Source: Heptranchias perlo (taxonomy: Eukaryota). Taken from it: 64,000 bases of DNA. Made by a program: the position numbers and the translations under genes. The stretch is taken from assembly GCF_035084215.1 (NCBI RefSeq), contig NW_027139260.1, positions 1-64,000 on the forward strand, written 5' to 3'. Below the pieces are notes generated by a model that searched no databases, was not told where the DNA came from, and was given only the letters and a program-made list of their open reading frames with translations. Below, piece after piece: positions 54,007-64,000 of this stretch. How positions within the stretch are numbered: the stretch's first letter is position 1; every line of letters starts with the position of its first letter.

Positions 54007-54460
54007 CTAGCAAACCTCCCCGCAAGGATATTTGTCCCGCTCTGGTTCAGGTGCAACCCGTCCGACTTGTACAAGTCCCACCTTCCCCAGAAGCAGGCCC
54101 AGTGATCCAGGAAACTGAAACCCTCCCTCCTGCACCAACTCTTTAGCCACGCATTCATCTGTTCTATCCTCCTATTTGTATACTCACTAGCCCGTGGCAC
54201 TGGGAGTAATCCAGAGATTACAACCTTTGAGGTCCTGCTCTTTAATCTGCTACCTAGCTCCCTAAATTCTTGATGCAGGACCTCATCTCCCTTCCTACCT
54301 ATGTCGTTGGTCCCAATGTGGACCACGACCTCTGCCTGCTCACCCTCCCCCTTGAGAATGCCCTGTAGCCGCTCAGTGACATCCATGACCCTGGCACCAG
54401 GGAGGCAACAAACCATCCTGGAGTCACGTTTATGGCCACAGAAACGCCTGTCTGTTCCCC
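53982..54460 (-). CDS. CR1 ORF1 C-terminal SGNH-esterase-like domain, 5'-truncated
   Basis: CLPGA, HIGTND and DGLHLN blocks, ending GGGLN*. The GDS block is lost to truncation. Confidence 0.88.
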
Positions 54461-55180
54461 TTGAACAGGGAATACACCAGATATTAAACAGAGAATAAAC
54501 CAGATATTAAACAGAGAATAAACCAGATATTAAACAGAGAACAAACCAGATATTAAACAGAGAACAAACCAGATATTAAACAGGGAATAAACCAGATATT
54601 GAACAGAGAATAAACCAGATATTAAACAGGGAATACACCAGATATTAAACAGGGAATAAACCAGATATTAAACAGGGAATAAACCAGATATTGAACAGAG
54701 AATAAACCAGATATTGAACAGAGAATAAACCAGATATTGAACAGGGAATAAACCAGATATTGAACAGGGAATAAACCAGATATTAAACAGGGAATAAACC
54801 AGATATTGAACAGAGAATAAACCAGATATTGAACAGAGAATAAACCAGATATTAAACAGGGAATACACCAGATATTAAACAGGGAATAAACCAGATATTA
54901 AACAGGGAATACACCAGATATTAAACAGAGAATAAACCAGATATTGAACAGGGAATAAACCAGATATTAAACAGGGAATAAACCAGATATTGAACAGAGA
55001 ATAAACCAGATATTAAACAGGGAATACACCAGATATTAAACAGGGAATAAACCAGATATTAAACAGGGAATACACCAGATATTAAACAGGGAATAAACTA
55101 GATATTGAACAGGGATAAATCCAGATATTGAACAGAGAATAAACCAGATATTAAACAGGGATAAAACCAGATATTGAACC
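54461..55180. repeat. 23-bp minisatellite, right part (about 31 copies)
   Basis: Same unit as 50843-50981. Confidence 0.96.
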
Positions 55181-55274
55181 GGGATGGTCTGAAATATTAA
55201 GCAAATATAATCTGGAACTCATACCACCTGAAAATTGTGGAATGGTCATATTTCCACCTTCTATTTTATTTACT

Positions 55275-55718
55275 TGGTTCGATTGGTTGAACTCATGTCC
55301 AAGTTGAAGGTTGTGGGTTCAAGCCCCACTCCAGGACTTGATCACACAATCCAGACCGGCCTCACACACTACACGGGGGGCGGGGCTGCATTGTTACAAG
55401 GTGGATCCTTTAGTTAAGATGTTAAATCAGAACCTTGTTTGTCTGTTCAGATAGATTCAAAGAAGAGCATGGAGTTTTCTGCAACTTTTCCCCCTCAACC
55501 AACACCATAAACAGATTAACTAGTCATTCATCTCATTGCTGTTTTTGGGGCCTTGTTTTTGCATAAAATGGCTGCCACATGAAAAATAGTGACTACTTCA
55601 CAGAAATTCATTGGACATGAGGGAGGTTAAAGGACCAATTTCAAACCCAAAGCACTTTTGAGCATTTCTGAAGATGTGATAAGGCACGACATAATTGCAG
55701 GGCTTTCTTTCTTTCTTA
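55275..55718 (+). mobile_element. tRNA-derived SINE with an L2-like tail
   Basis: B box GGTTCAAGCCC, a central region resembling conserved vertebrate SINE cores, and a 3' end ...TGCAGGGC(TTTC)n. Confidence 0.7.
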
Positions 55719-58292
55719 TGAAACTAAAATTATGTTTCTTTCTAAGCTGTTGGTCATCTGACTCTGTATGATTTGTGTTATTATTTTCTAATTATGTTGG
55801 GTCTGTGATCAAAATGCACTTTATGTTTGAGATTTACTCCCTGTAATACATTTCTCTCCCAGGTTAGGATCACCAGGACATTGGACACTGAACTCACACA
55901 CATTTCATTATATTCAGGGTTCTGGAATTTTGTGCAATTCAAGTCAAAGACTATTTACTGTGATCACAAATTACTGAGATACAAGCAAACCCACCAGCTT
56001 TCTAATTAAATACAGTCTGAGGTGGATTCAGTCTCTGTTTTATGTGCTTGTACCTTGTTAGACTCGAGACCAGGAGAGTCCACACCATGGACCACATGCA
56101 AATCCTGCCCACAAAGCCCAGGGGATTTAGTCCCATTTGTGTGTGTGTTTCTTCCTCGATTGTTTGTCCTTTGAATTTTGTGAGCCTGGAGGTTTGGAAG
56201 GAGCAGTTTTTTGCACTGTTTCCTCATTGGTGGATAAAACCTAAATCTCCATCAACAACCTGAGATATAATTAATGGAAACAGGGATTTGAACTTTATTG
56301 GGCGTATATTTCTGTTCCTGCGGCTGGGGAGATTCGATTGCCTGGGTGCAACAAATAGAGGAAAATTGGGTGTAGTGCATGCCTCTCACGGATCTGGCCT
56401 GATTCTCCTATAGTCACTGCCCCCAGACAATCCAATCCCTCACAGGAACAGGAATAGGGAAATCTGCTCCAATACATGGCCTTGAGGCTCCACGGCATGC
56501 TCCTAAGTGGTCCAGAGAGGCAAAAAGCTCCTGGGCTAGACTGAACCCAGGAGCTTTCTCTTTCTTTATTACAGGCCCATAACTATAGGTTGCTGGGTTG
56601 ATTTTGTTCCATTGTATGTCCCAATCTGCACAGAGCCTGCGTTTGAATCTCTGTTCATTTTGCATTACAGTAACAAAGTCAGTATCTAGATCATATTCCT
56701 GCCAGTTTTAGTTATAATTCATGTGGCCAATTTTACTTCAATATCTCCACTGCACTATGGGCAGTTTTCTGAGCACATGCACCTACCACCAGTACACATT
56801 GGATAACCATGGGAGCACGGCCTGCTGTACTCTGGTGGCAGGTGAGGTCCCCAACACCAGCTCGTACTGGGAAAATTAACCCTTTGTCTTACTACCTGGG
56901 TACGTTTCTGTTAATTATCTCTGCTGAGTGAAATGGGTCTGCACTTTACACTGAAGGACTATCCTTTAAATATAACACCAGTCTGATTCTTGTCTCGCTA
57001 GCTGTTAATAATGTTGCCTCTTTATTTTCTGTCAGATCAGACCGATACTAATGTACATAAATGAACCTTTTATCAGGTTTCTGCTTGTTCCCATCAATCT
57101 TACTGCCACTCCCCCATTCCCTCTTTGCTGGTACTCCCAGTGGCTTTGTTATCTACCCCTGGAATAAAATCTACCTGGAGTAGGGTTGGAGGAGTTTGGT
57201 TTTAGGTTTAAGGCTTGGATTATGGCTCAGTTTTAAGGCTCGGGTCAAATTATTTTGAGGATTCATTTTATTTCATTGAAGGGCAGTGTTTATTTGAAGG
57301 GGAAGGCTTTGTTCTGGATGAATTTAATGGGATGAGATGACCTGCTGCAGTGGCTGATAGATTTACAGCCTTGCTCTTACTCCAATACCCTTGCTGCTGC
57401 CACTATTCCATCTCCACTACTCTGCCATACTGTCACTGCTCCATCGAGCTGGTAGTGAACCATACTGTTGAATATCAAAGGGAAGAAAATATTTATGGGA
57501 TGTCAAGACTTACATGTATTTCTCAGTACATTCGGGAAAGAAATTTGTGCACACGTCCGTGTTGCTTGGCGTGAGTTGGAGGTCACACTGGTTTTGTAAG
57601 GACAGGAGCATTACCCGATACAACACAGAATGGGTTATTATGCTGGAATATTTTTGCCACTTTTGGGAATAAATAAATGAATGTAAAACATTTTTCCTGC
57701 TGTCAGCATGGTCCCAGTAGCACAGGAGAAAGGCTGATTCATGTGGGCACAGCACCAGATTAGAGAGATTAAGCAGCAAGGCTGTGAGTAATCAGCACTG
57801 GGGGAGAGGGAGCAGATAGTGCGACTATGTACCACATGGGGAAGGTGGGTGGGGAGCTGGTGCAAGTGAGTGGGAAGGATGGGGTCTGGCATGGGTGTTT
57901 GGTGGGAGCCAGGGAGGAATGCAGTTTCGGGCTGACACAGGTGCAGAAAGAGTGAGGTCAGGGATCGTTCATTGCATTGCAACTTCTACACTGGCATTAT
58001 TTTTTCTGATAAATTAATAAATTGATCCTTATCCTTATTGTGTGAGGATGTCCAAGTAATTCTGAAATCCTAAAGGTTGCAGGGTCAAGGTTACATAATT
58101 CGGGGGCGAGTACCCCTTCTTAACAAATTCCACTTTGTTCCTTTCAGTGTAAGTAAGTGGTTAATCAGATGGCCAGGACAAGTAATAGTCACTTTTAACA
58201 ATATAGTAACAACCTGCACTGATATAGGAACTTTTAATCTAATGAAACATGCCAAAGTGCTTCACAGAGGTGAAATTAAATGGACACCAAGT

Positions 58293-58460
58293 ATCATAGT
58301 ATCAAAGTAGGAGGCCATTCGGCCCATCGTGCCTGTGCCAGCTCTTTGAAAGAGCTGTTCAATTAATCCCATTCCCCTGCTCTTCCCCATAGCCCTGTAA
58401 ATTTTTTCCCTTTAAGTATATATCTAATTCCCTTTTGAAAGTTACTATTGAATCTGCTTG
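58293..58460 (-). mobile_element. CR1 3' tail fragment
   Basis: Similar to 31555-31720 and 37333-37510. Confidence 0.8.
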
Positions 58461-58479
58461 AAGTAGGGGCAGGAAAGGG

Positions 58480-60320
58480 TTAAGGCTGGTGACTGATGCC
58501 AGGATCAAGGAGGGAGGATTCCAGGAGACTTGTGAATGAGGGGGGGAGAGGTAGCGAGGCAGAGGGGTTTAGATATAGAGTTCCAGAATGTGGGGCCAAG
58601 ACGACTGAAGGCAAATTAGATAGATTTCTTCAGAACATAATATTTTGGGGCCCAGTATATGAGTAATTTGAGACATGACATGTGGTGAGTGTAACAGGCT
58701 GGGGAGGAACAGGTGACTTTGGATCTACGGTTCCTAAATCTCTCCACCACTGGGGGTTTTCCTCACCTCATGTCTGGGTCTGTTGCAGACACATTGATGG
58801 AGACTGATTGCTCTGATTAATCAAAAACTCCATTATCGTTGTATCATGTGATTACCAGGATGGTAGAAGGCAGACTTGATGGACCTTAGTCTTTTTCCGT
58901 CCAGCAATTCCCATGTTCCTAAGGTCCTGAAGCCAAAGTTGGAGCAGAGGGAGGGAAGATGCAAAGACGGCCAGAGTTGGACAAGCAGAAGGCATGTGCA
59001 GAAATAGGGCTGAATGAGGTTGCAGAGGGAGGGGCAATACTGTGGAGGACTTGTGGATAAGTCAATGCATTGGAGGACAGGAAGCCAGTGGAGATTGATG
59101 AGGACAGGCATGAGTTAATAGGGCACAGGATGCAGGCAGCATAGTTTTGGATGAGTCACAGTCTGTGAAATATTGAACTCAGGAAGCTGGCAACGAAATT
59201 TGGAGTAATCGAGTCTGGAGATTATGAAGGTGTATGTATGTGTGTTAATGGCACTGAGGGTGAGGTTGGGCAGAGGCGACCACTGTCGTGGTAGTAGAAT
59301 TAGGAGAACTAAGTCATCTTGTAGAGTTTGGATCAGAGCTCAGGGTTAATCAGCACTTTGAGGATGCACACCATTGGATTTCGCCAAAGAGAGGGCAGGA
59401 GCTGAGCACAATGAGGTAGATGTTGGCCTTTACTACCTGGACACGAAGAATCGCTTGAATGGAGCACAGAGAGGGAAATCGGGTGGGGAGGATTGCGGTA
59501 GGGGTGCCTGCCTGATATTCCAGGCAGGAAAGAAAAAATCTACCTCAGTGGTTTTGGTCTAGCCAATGTTGAGTTGAAAGAGGTTCTTGCTCAGCCAGCA
59601 TTTTATATTGGTTAAGTAGTTGGATAGCATGCTCACGATCGAGGAGGCAAGAGAGGTGACACGGAGCTGGGTGTCATCAGCATTTATATGTAATATGGAA
59701 GCTGACCCCATACTCATGGATGGTGAGGATGAGGGGCAACAGGTAGACAAGGAAACAAAGCAGGTCGAGGACAGAGCCTGAGGCACAGGTGACTGTGTAG
59801 AGGCAGGAGGAGAAGGCATTACAGGAGCAGGCAAGTGTGGAACCAGGTTACTGTGGTGCCATGGAGGACGATAGAGTGATTGATTGTTTTGAATGCCATG
59901 GAGAGGTAATTGAAGACAAGAAGGGATCGTGCACCACGGTCACAATCACAGAGGAGATCACTAATGATTTTGATCAGGGCAGTCTTGGTGCTGGGGGCAG
60001 GGTGGAAACCAGATTGGATGGATTCTGAGAGAATGATGGGAAAGGTGGGTATGTTGATGGGTGTCAATTATACACTAGAGGACTTGAAAGAAGTTGGGAA
60101 ATTGGAGGTAGTTTGATAGTTGGGGAGGATAGCGGGATTCAGAGAACCTTTTTCTGAGGGGGAGAGTGATGATAGCAGTTTTGAAAAGTGGGGGAGATAA
60201 ACATAGGAAAGATGAGCCATTGATGAATGTCAGTGGGGCATTGGGTCCAGGAAGGGTAACTGTGATGACAAGTTGGGTCAGGAGACGGTCAGAGGTGCAT
60301 CTCCTAGTGGGTCTCTCATT
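58480..60320 (-). mobile_element. Old, degraded L2 LINE, interrupted by a CR1 3' piece at about 58611-58920
   Basis: Minus-strand ORFs carry LHWLPV, NADDTQL, FQLN and QSGFHPAPSTKTALIKI. Confidence 0.82.
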
Positions 60321-61427
60321 ACTGTTCACAGTAAGACAGGTGATGCACTGTTTATTAAGGACAGGAGTTTGTACCATATAACGTATTATGCTGCTGCTAA
60401 GGTGGATCTGTGTCCCTTTAAGACCACAAAGTTTAATTGTTGTTAAGTAAATACATCGAGGTCAATCAGTTAAATTGCTGCTTGATCAGGGAACTTTGTA
60501 GGTCAGAAGTACTCTACGATCAGGAGTTCACCTTTACTACCCAATATCCAGTTATTCAATAGCATGATCCAGGGCTGCAACAAATAGACCCCTTGTGTGT
60601 ACTGGATACAGTGATCTTGCCCATGTCCATGGGAATTTCTCCTATTGTCTGGAAAGTAGACTAATGAGCACTCTAGTGAGACGAGGCCAACTGTAAACCA
60701 ACAAACGGGCTACATAACTGAACAGAATATAGTTTTTAGGGAGAATCAACTTCTTGCTCAAAATTGTACAAACGTAGCCTTTGATATCGACCTAGTTTCA
60801 CTTTACAAATCAGTATTTGCTGAAGTGACTGGCCCGAACCTTAGGAGGAGAGAGTTCTCAGCCTCTCTGACTGTTTCCAAGTCAAACTTACTTCAGACTG
60901 TCTCCTTTTCCAGGTAGACAGGAAACCAAAACCTGACCTCTAACCTCTCCAACAGCTTTCTGTGTTGCGGATTGGCTCATTGCACTGCCAATCAAACTAC
61001 CATTGCCGTCCTCCCCCAGTGTGAGGGTCATGGCATAAGATTGTCTGGTCAGGTAGGGCAACTACTGAGGTCAATAAATGGAAGCCATTCTAATATTACA
61101 TTCAATTCCTGTCTGGAATGTGCTCACAAACCCCATTGTCTCAAACTGGTATAAGTGAAATATACACTTGTGCTAGCTACTTCATCTGGTTCCATCTAAT
61201 CGGTCTGTTCCCAAATAAGAGTGAACTCTTTGCAGCTCAAATTTCACTTAATGGCAACAACATAACAAATTAACTCAAAATCTCTCAAAGGCCAACTAGG
61301 TAACAAAATCTTGCAAACTGGGAGCCGAGCCTGTGGCTGGAGTGAGGTCTGGAGTTTTAGGAGCAGTGTCAGTGGCCTCCACACTCAGCCTGGTTCCCTC
61401 CTCTCCTGCAATCTCATATCTTCATTG

Positions 61428-61530
61428 GCGGGGGAGTTGGACTGGCTGGATTGCTCTTGCATAGAGCCGGCGCAGACTCAATGGGCCGAATGGCCTCCTT
61501 CCATGATGTAACCTTTCTATGATTCTATGA
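61428..61530 (+). mobile_element. CR1 3' tail fragment
   Basis: Matches 42102-42203 and ends TTCTATGATTCTATG. Confidence 0.82.
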
Positions 61531-62404
61531 TCTGTTTCTCTCAAAAAGGCTTTGTTATCTTTCAAAATTCAACTTTTTTTAAAGAAATGAATTAGAATGA
61601 GGAAAGACACTGACTGCTTCTCTCTCCTCTCTCTCTCTCTCTCTCTGTCTCACAGGTGCAATACATTGGCAATTATCTTTTCTGTCAATAAGACATAACT
61701 GAGAAAATTAATTGGCTTCAAAATTAATTTGGTGTTTTCTTTGACTATTAAACTAATGGGACGAAAGGTTCTCTCACTCTCTCCCTTTTTCTTACCTGTT
61801 CCTCTTTAGTGTCTCTCTGTCCCCCATCTCTCTCTCTTTCCCACAGCTTCTGAAGCTTTTAGAACACAAACTAAAACTACAGTAAGTTTGTAATCAGTGC
61901 ACTGTCATTTTCCTCTCCCCCTCCTCTCCTCCCAGCTCCACGATGGGCCACTGTCAGTCTGCACTCAGCCCCTCCTGCATCTCACTCCTCCATGTATTGG
62001 AGCTTGTGATGTAAAATCAGGGTGTGCAGCTCCCCACACGCACTGAGAATCCTCGTTCTCCGTCCCCTTGTTCCCCATTCACCCACCAGTGGAAACAATC
62101 TCACTATTTACCCACAGTAAGGTCCCCAGGTTTTACTCACCCCTTTACAGAGTGCTCCTCTCTCAGTGCTACTCCCACTCACCACCTTGCTGCTGCTCCT
62201 GGCACTGCAGGAAATGCTGGTCCCCTCGCCCACCCCATTCCCCAGTCTCCATCTCCCCCCAATCCCCAGTCTCCCTCTCTTTCCCCCCGAGCCCCGATCT
62301 CCCGACTCGCCCCGAGCCCTGATCACCCGACTCCCCCCCGCACTCGAGCCCGATCACCCGACTCCTGCCCCCCACCGAGCTCCGATCACCCGACTTCAGC
62401 CATC

Positions 62405-63864
62405 CGAGTCCCAAGTAAAACCATTACTCTCTTCCACCCTGGTCGTTCCCCATCTCCACCCCTTAAGTCCAAGGGACACAGACTTGAACGTTTATGGCGG
62501 ACAACTGGTTTAGCCATTCATCGCCAGATCTGGCTGGACCACATAAAGCACTATCGGGTCCTGCTCTCCTCTGCCCAAACTGCTCACTATTCCAGGATCA
62601 TCCTGGAATGTAAAGATAATCCCCGGCTTCTCTTCACTACAAACCGTCCTCTTAAACCCCTCTATCCTGCCCCCTCCACCCTCATCTCCAACAAGTGCGA
62701 GGAGCTCATGGACTTCTTTGTCACTAAGATTAAGACCATTCATTCAGCTGCCTCTGATGCTTCCCCCCTTCCCCGAGCCCACAAGCCAAACCTTCCCCTA
62801 CGGTTCCCCCCTGCCCTGGCCCTGACCCCATGTCTCACTCTAGTTTCTCCCCTATCTCACCTCATGCCCTCTCCGAGCTCATCCTGACCATGAGACCCAC
62901 CTCCTGTTCCCTCAATCCTATTCCCAATAAACTGATGACCACCCAACTTCCCTTCCTGGCTCCTATGTTTGCTGATATTGTTAACGGTTCCCTCTCCTCA
63001 GGTACTGTCCCCCTCCCCATTAAATCTGCTGTCTTCAACCCCCCCCCCCCCTCAAAAAACACACCCCTGACCATTTTCCAATCAGGTTTCCACCCCTGTC
63101 ACAGTACTGAAACGGCCCTGATCAAAGTCACAAATGACATCCTCTGTGACTGTGACCGTGGTAAACGATCCCTCCTCATCCTTCTCCACCTGTCTGCAGC
63201 CGTTGACCACACCATCCTCCTCCAACACCTCTCCTCCATCGTCCAGCTGGGTGGGACTGCGCTCACCTGGTTCCATTCTTATCTATCCAGTCGTAGCCAG
63301 AGAATCACCTGCAATGGCTTCTCTTCCCACTCCCGCACCGTTACCTCTGGAGTCCCCCAAGGATCGATCCTTCGCCCCCTCCTATTTCTCATCTCCACGC
63401 TGCCCCTCGGTGACATCATCCTAAAACACAACGTCAGGTTCCACATGTACACTGACGACCCCCAGCTCGACCTCACCACCACCTCCCTCGACCCCTCCAC
63501 TCTCTCTCATTGGTCACATTGTTTGTCCGACATCCAGGACTGGAGGAGCAAAAATTTCCTCCAATTAAATATTGGGGAGACTGAAGCCATTGTCTTCGGT
63601 CCCGGATTTCCTTCACCCCACCATTGGCGGCCGTGCTTCAGCTGCCTAAAGCCTAAGCTCTGGAATTCCCTCCCTAAAGCCCTCCACCTCTCTCCATTCT
63701 CCTTTAAGAAACTCCTTAAAATCAATTATTTGACCAAGCATTTAGCCATCCCATGTAATGTCTCCTTCTTTGGCTCGGTGTCAACCTTTGTCTGAATACG
63801 CTCCAGTGAAGCGCCTTGGGGCATTTTCCTACGTAAAAGGTGCTATATAAATGCAAGTTGTTGT
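62405..63864 (+). mobile_element. Internally deleted L2 LINE, same family as 26155-28578
   Basis: ORFs 62024 and 62830 match the first copy. Same GCTATATAAATGCAAGTTGTTG end. Confidence 0.92.
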
Positions 63865-63886
63865 AATATAAATATAAATATAAATA

Positions 63887-64000
63887 TAACTCACAGACTG
63901 CACTCCCTGTAATAACACCACACTGAGCCCAGTGAGATCAGGATTATTAATATAATATAATAACTCACAGACTGCACTCCCTGTAATAACACCACACTGA
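63887..64000. repeat. 74-bp tandem repeat, open at the window end
   Basis: TAACTCACAGACTGCACTCCCTGTAATAACACCACACTGA begins at both 63887 and 63961. Confidence 0.8.

Larger units (their letters stand above)
50982..54460 (-). mobile_element. Long young CR1 LINE (partial ORF1 plus full-length ORF2) inserted into the 23-bp minisatellite
   Basis: ORF1 esterase fragment, ORF2 APE and RT domains, and 3' tail (CTATGACT)n. It splits the unit CCAGATA|TTGAAC with no real TSD. Confidence 0.97.

Noticed and set aside
56054-56136. Hydrophobic mini-ORF MGLNPLGFVGRICMWSMVWTLLVSSLT as MHC exon 1
   Set aside because: The donor AG|gtacaa is phase 2, while exon 2 needs phase 1. No S-X-Y promoter was seen upstream. 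Unresolved rather than excluded.
60885-61080. CCAAT pair, X-box-like GGGCAACTACTGAGGTCA and a GTAAGT donor as a class II promoter
   Set aside because: The orientation and spacing do not fit an S-X1-X2-Y module, and no leader ORF follows.

Overview
Repeat-rich vertebrate DNA, most likely from a shark or other cartilaginous fish (inferred from the class II alpha sequence and the CR1/L2/Penelope/Harbinger repertoire). The only clearly supported host gene is a minus-strand MHC class II alpha chain gene (DAA-like). It has three intact, phase-compatible coding exons: alpha1 at 50538-50786, alpha2 at 40137-40418 and connecting peptide/TM/cytoplasmic at 36003-36148. Its leader exon could not be placed with confidence. 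The rest of the window is an 18.4-kb 49-bp satellite with higher-order block duplications, several minisatellites, many CR1 and L2 LINE copies, a decayed two-gene Harbinger transposon, SINEs, and a Penelope-derived perfect 90-bp hairpin with hammerhead-like cores. The most notable observation is in the long CR1 in intron 1. Its ORF1 ends in an in-frame U_UUA_AAC slippery heptamer directly before the stop, and ORF2 lies in the -1 frame with no AUG ahead of the first endonuclease motif, which suggests programmed -1 ribosomal frameshifting. All of this was read by eye; no database searches were run, and TE boundaries are approximate.
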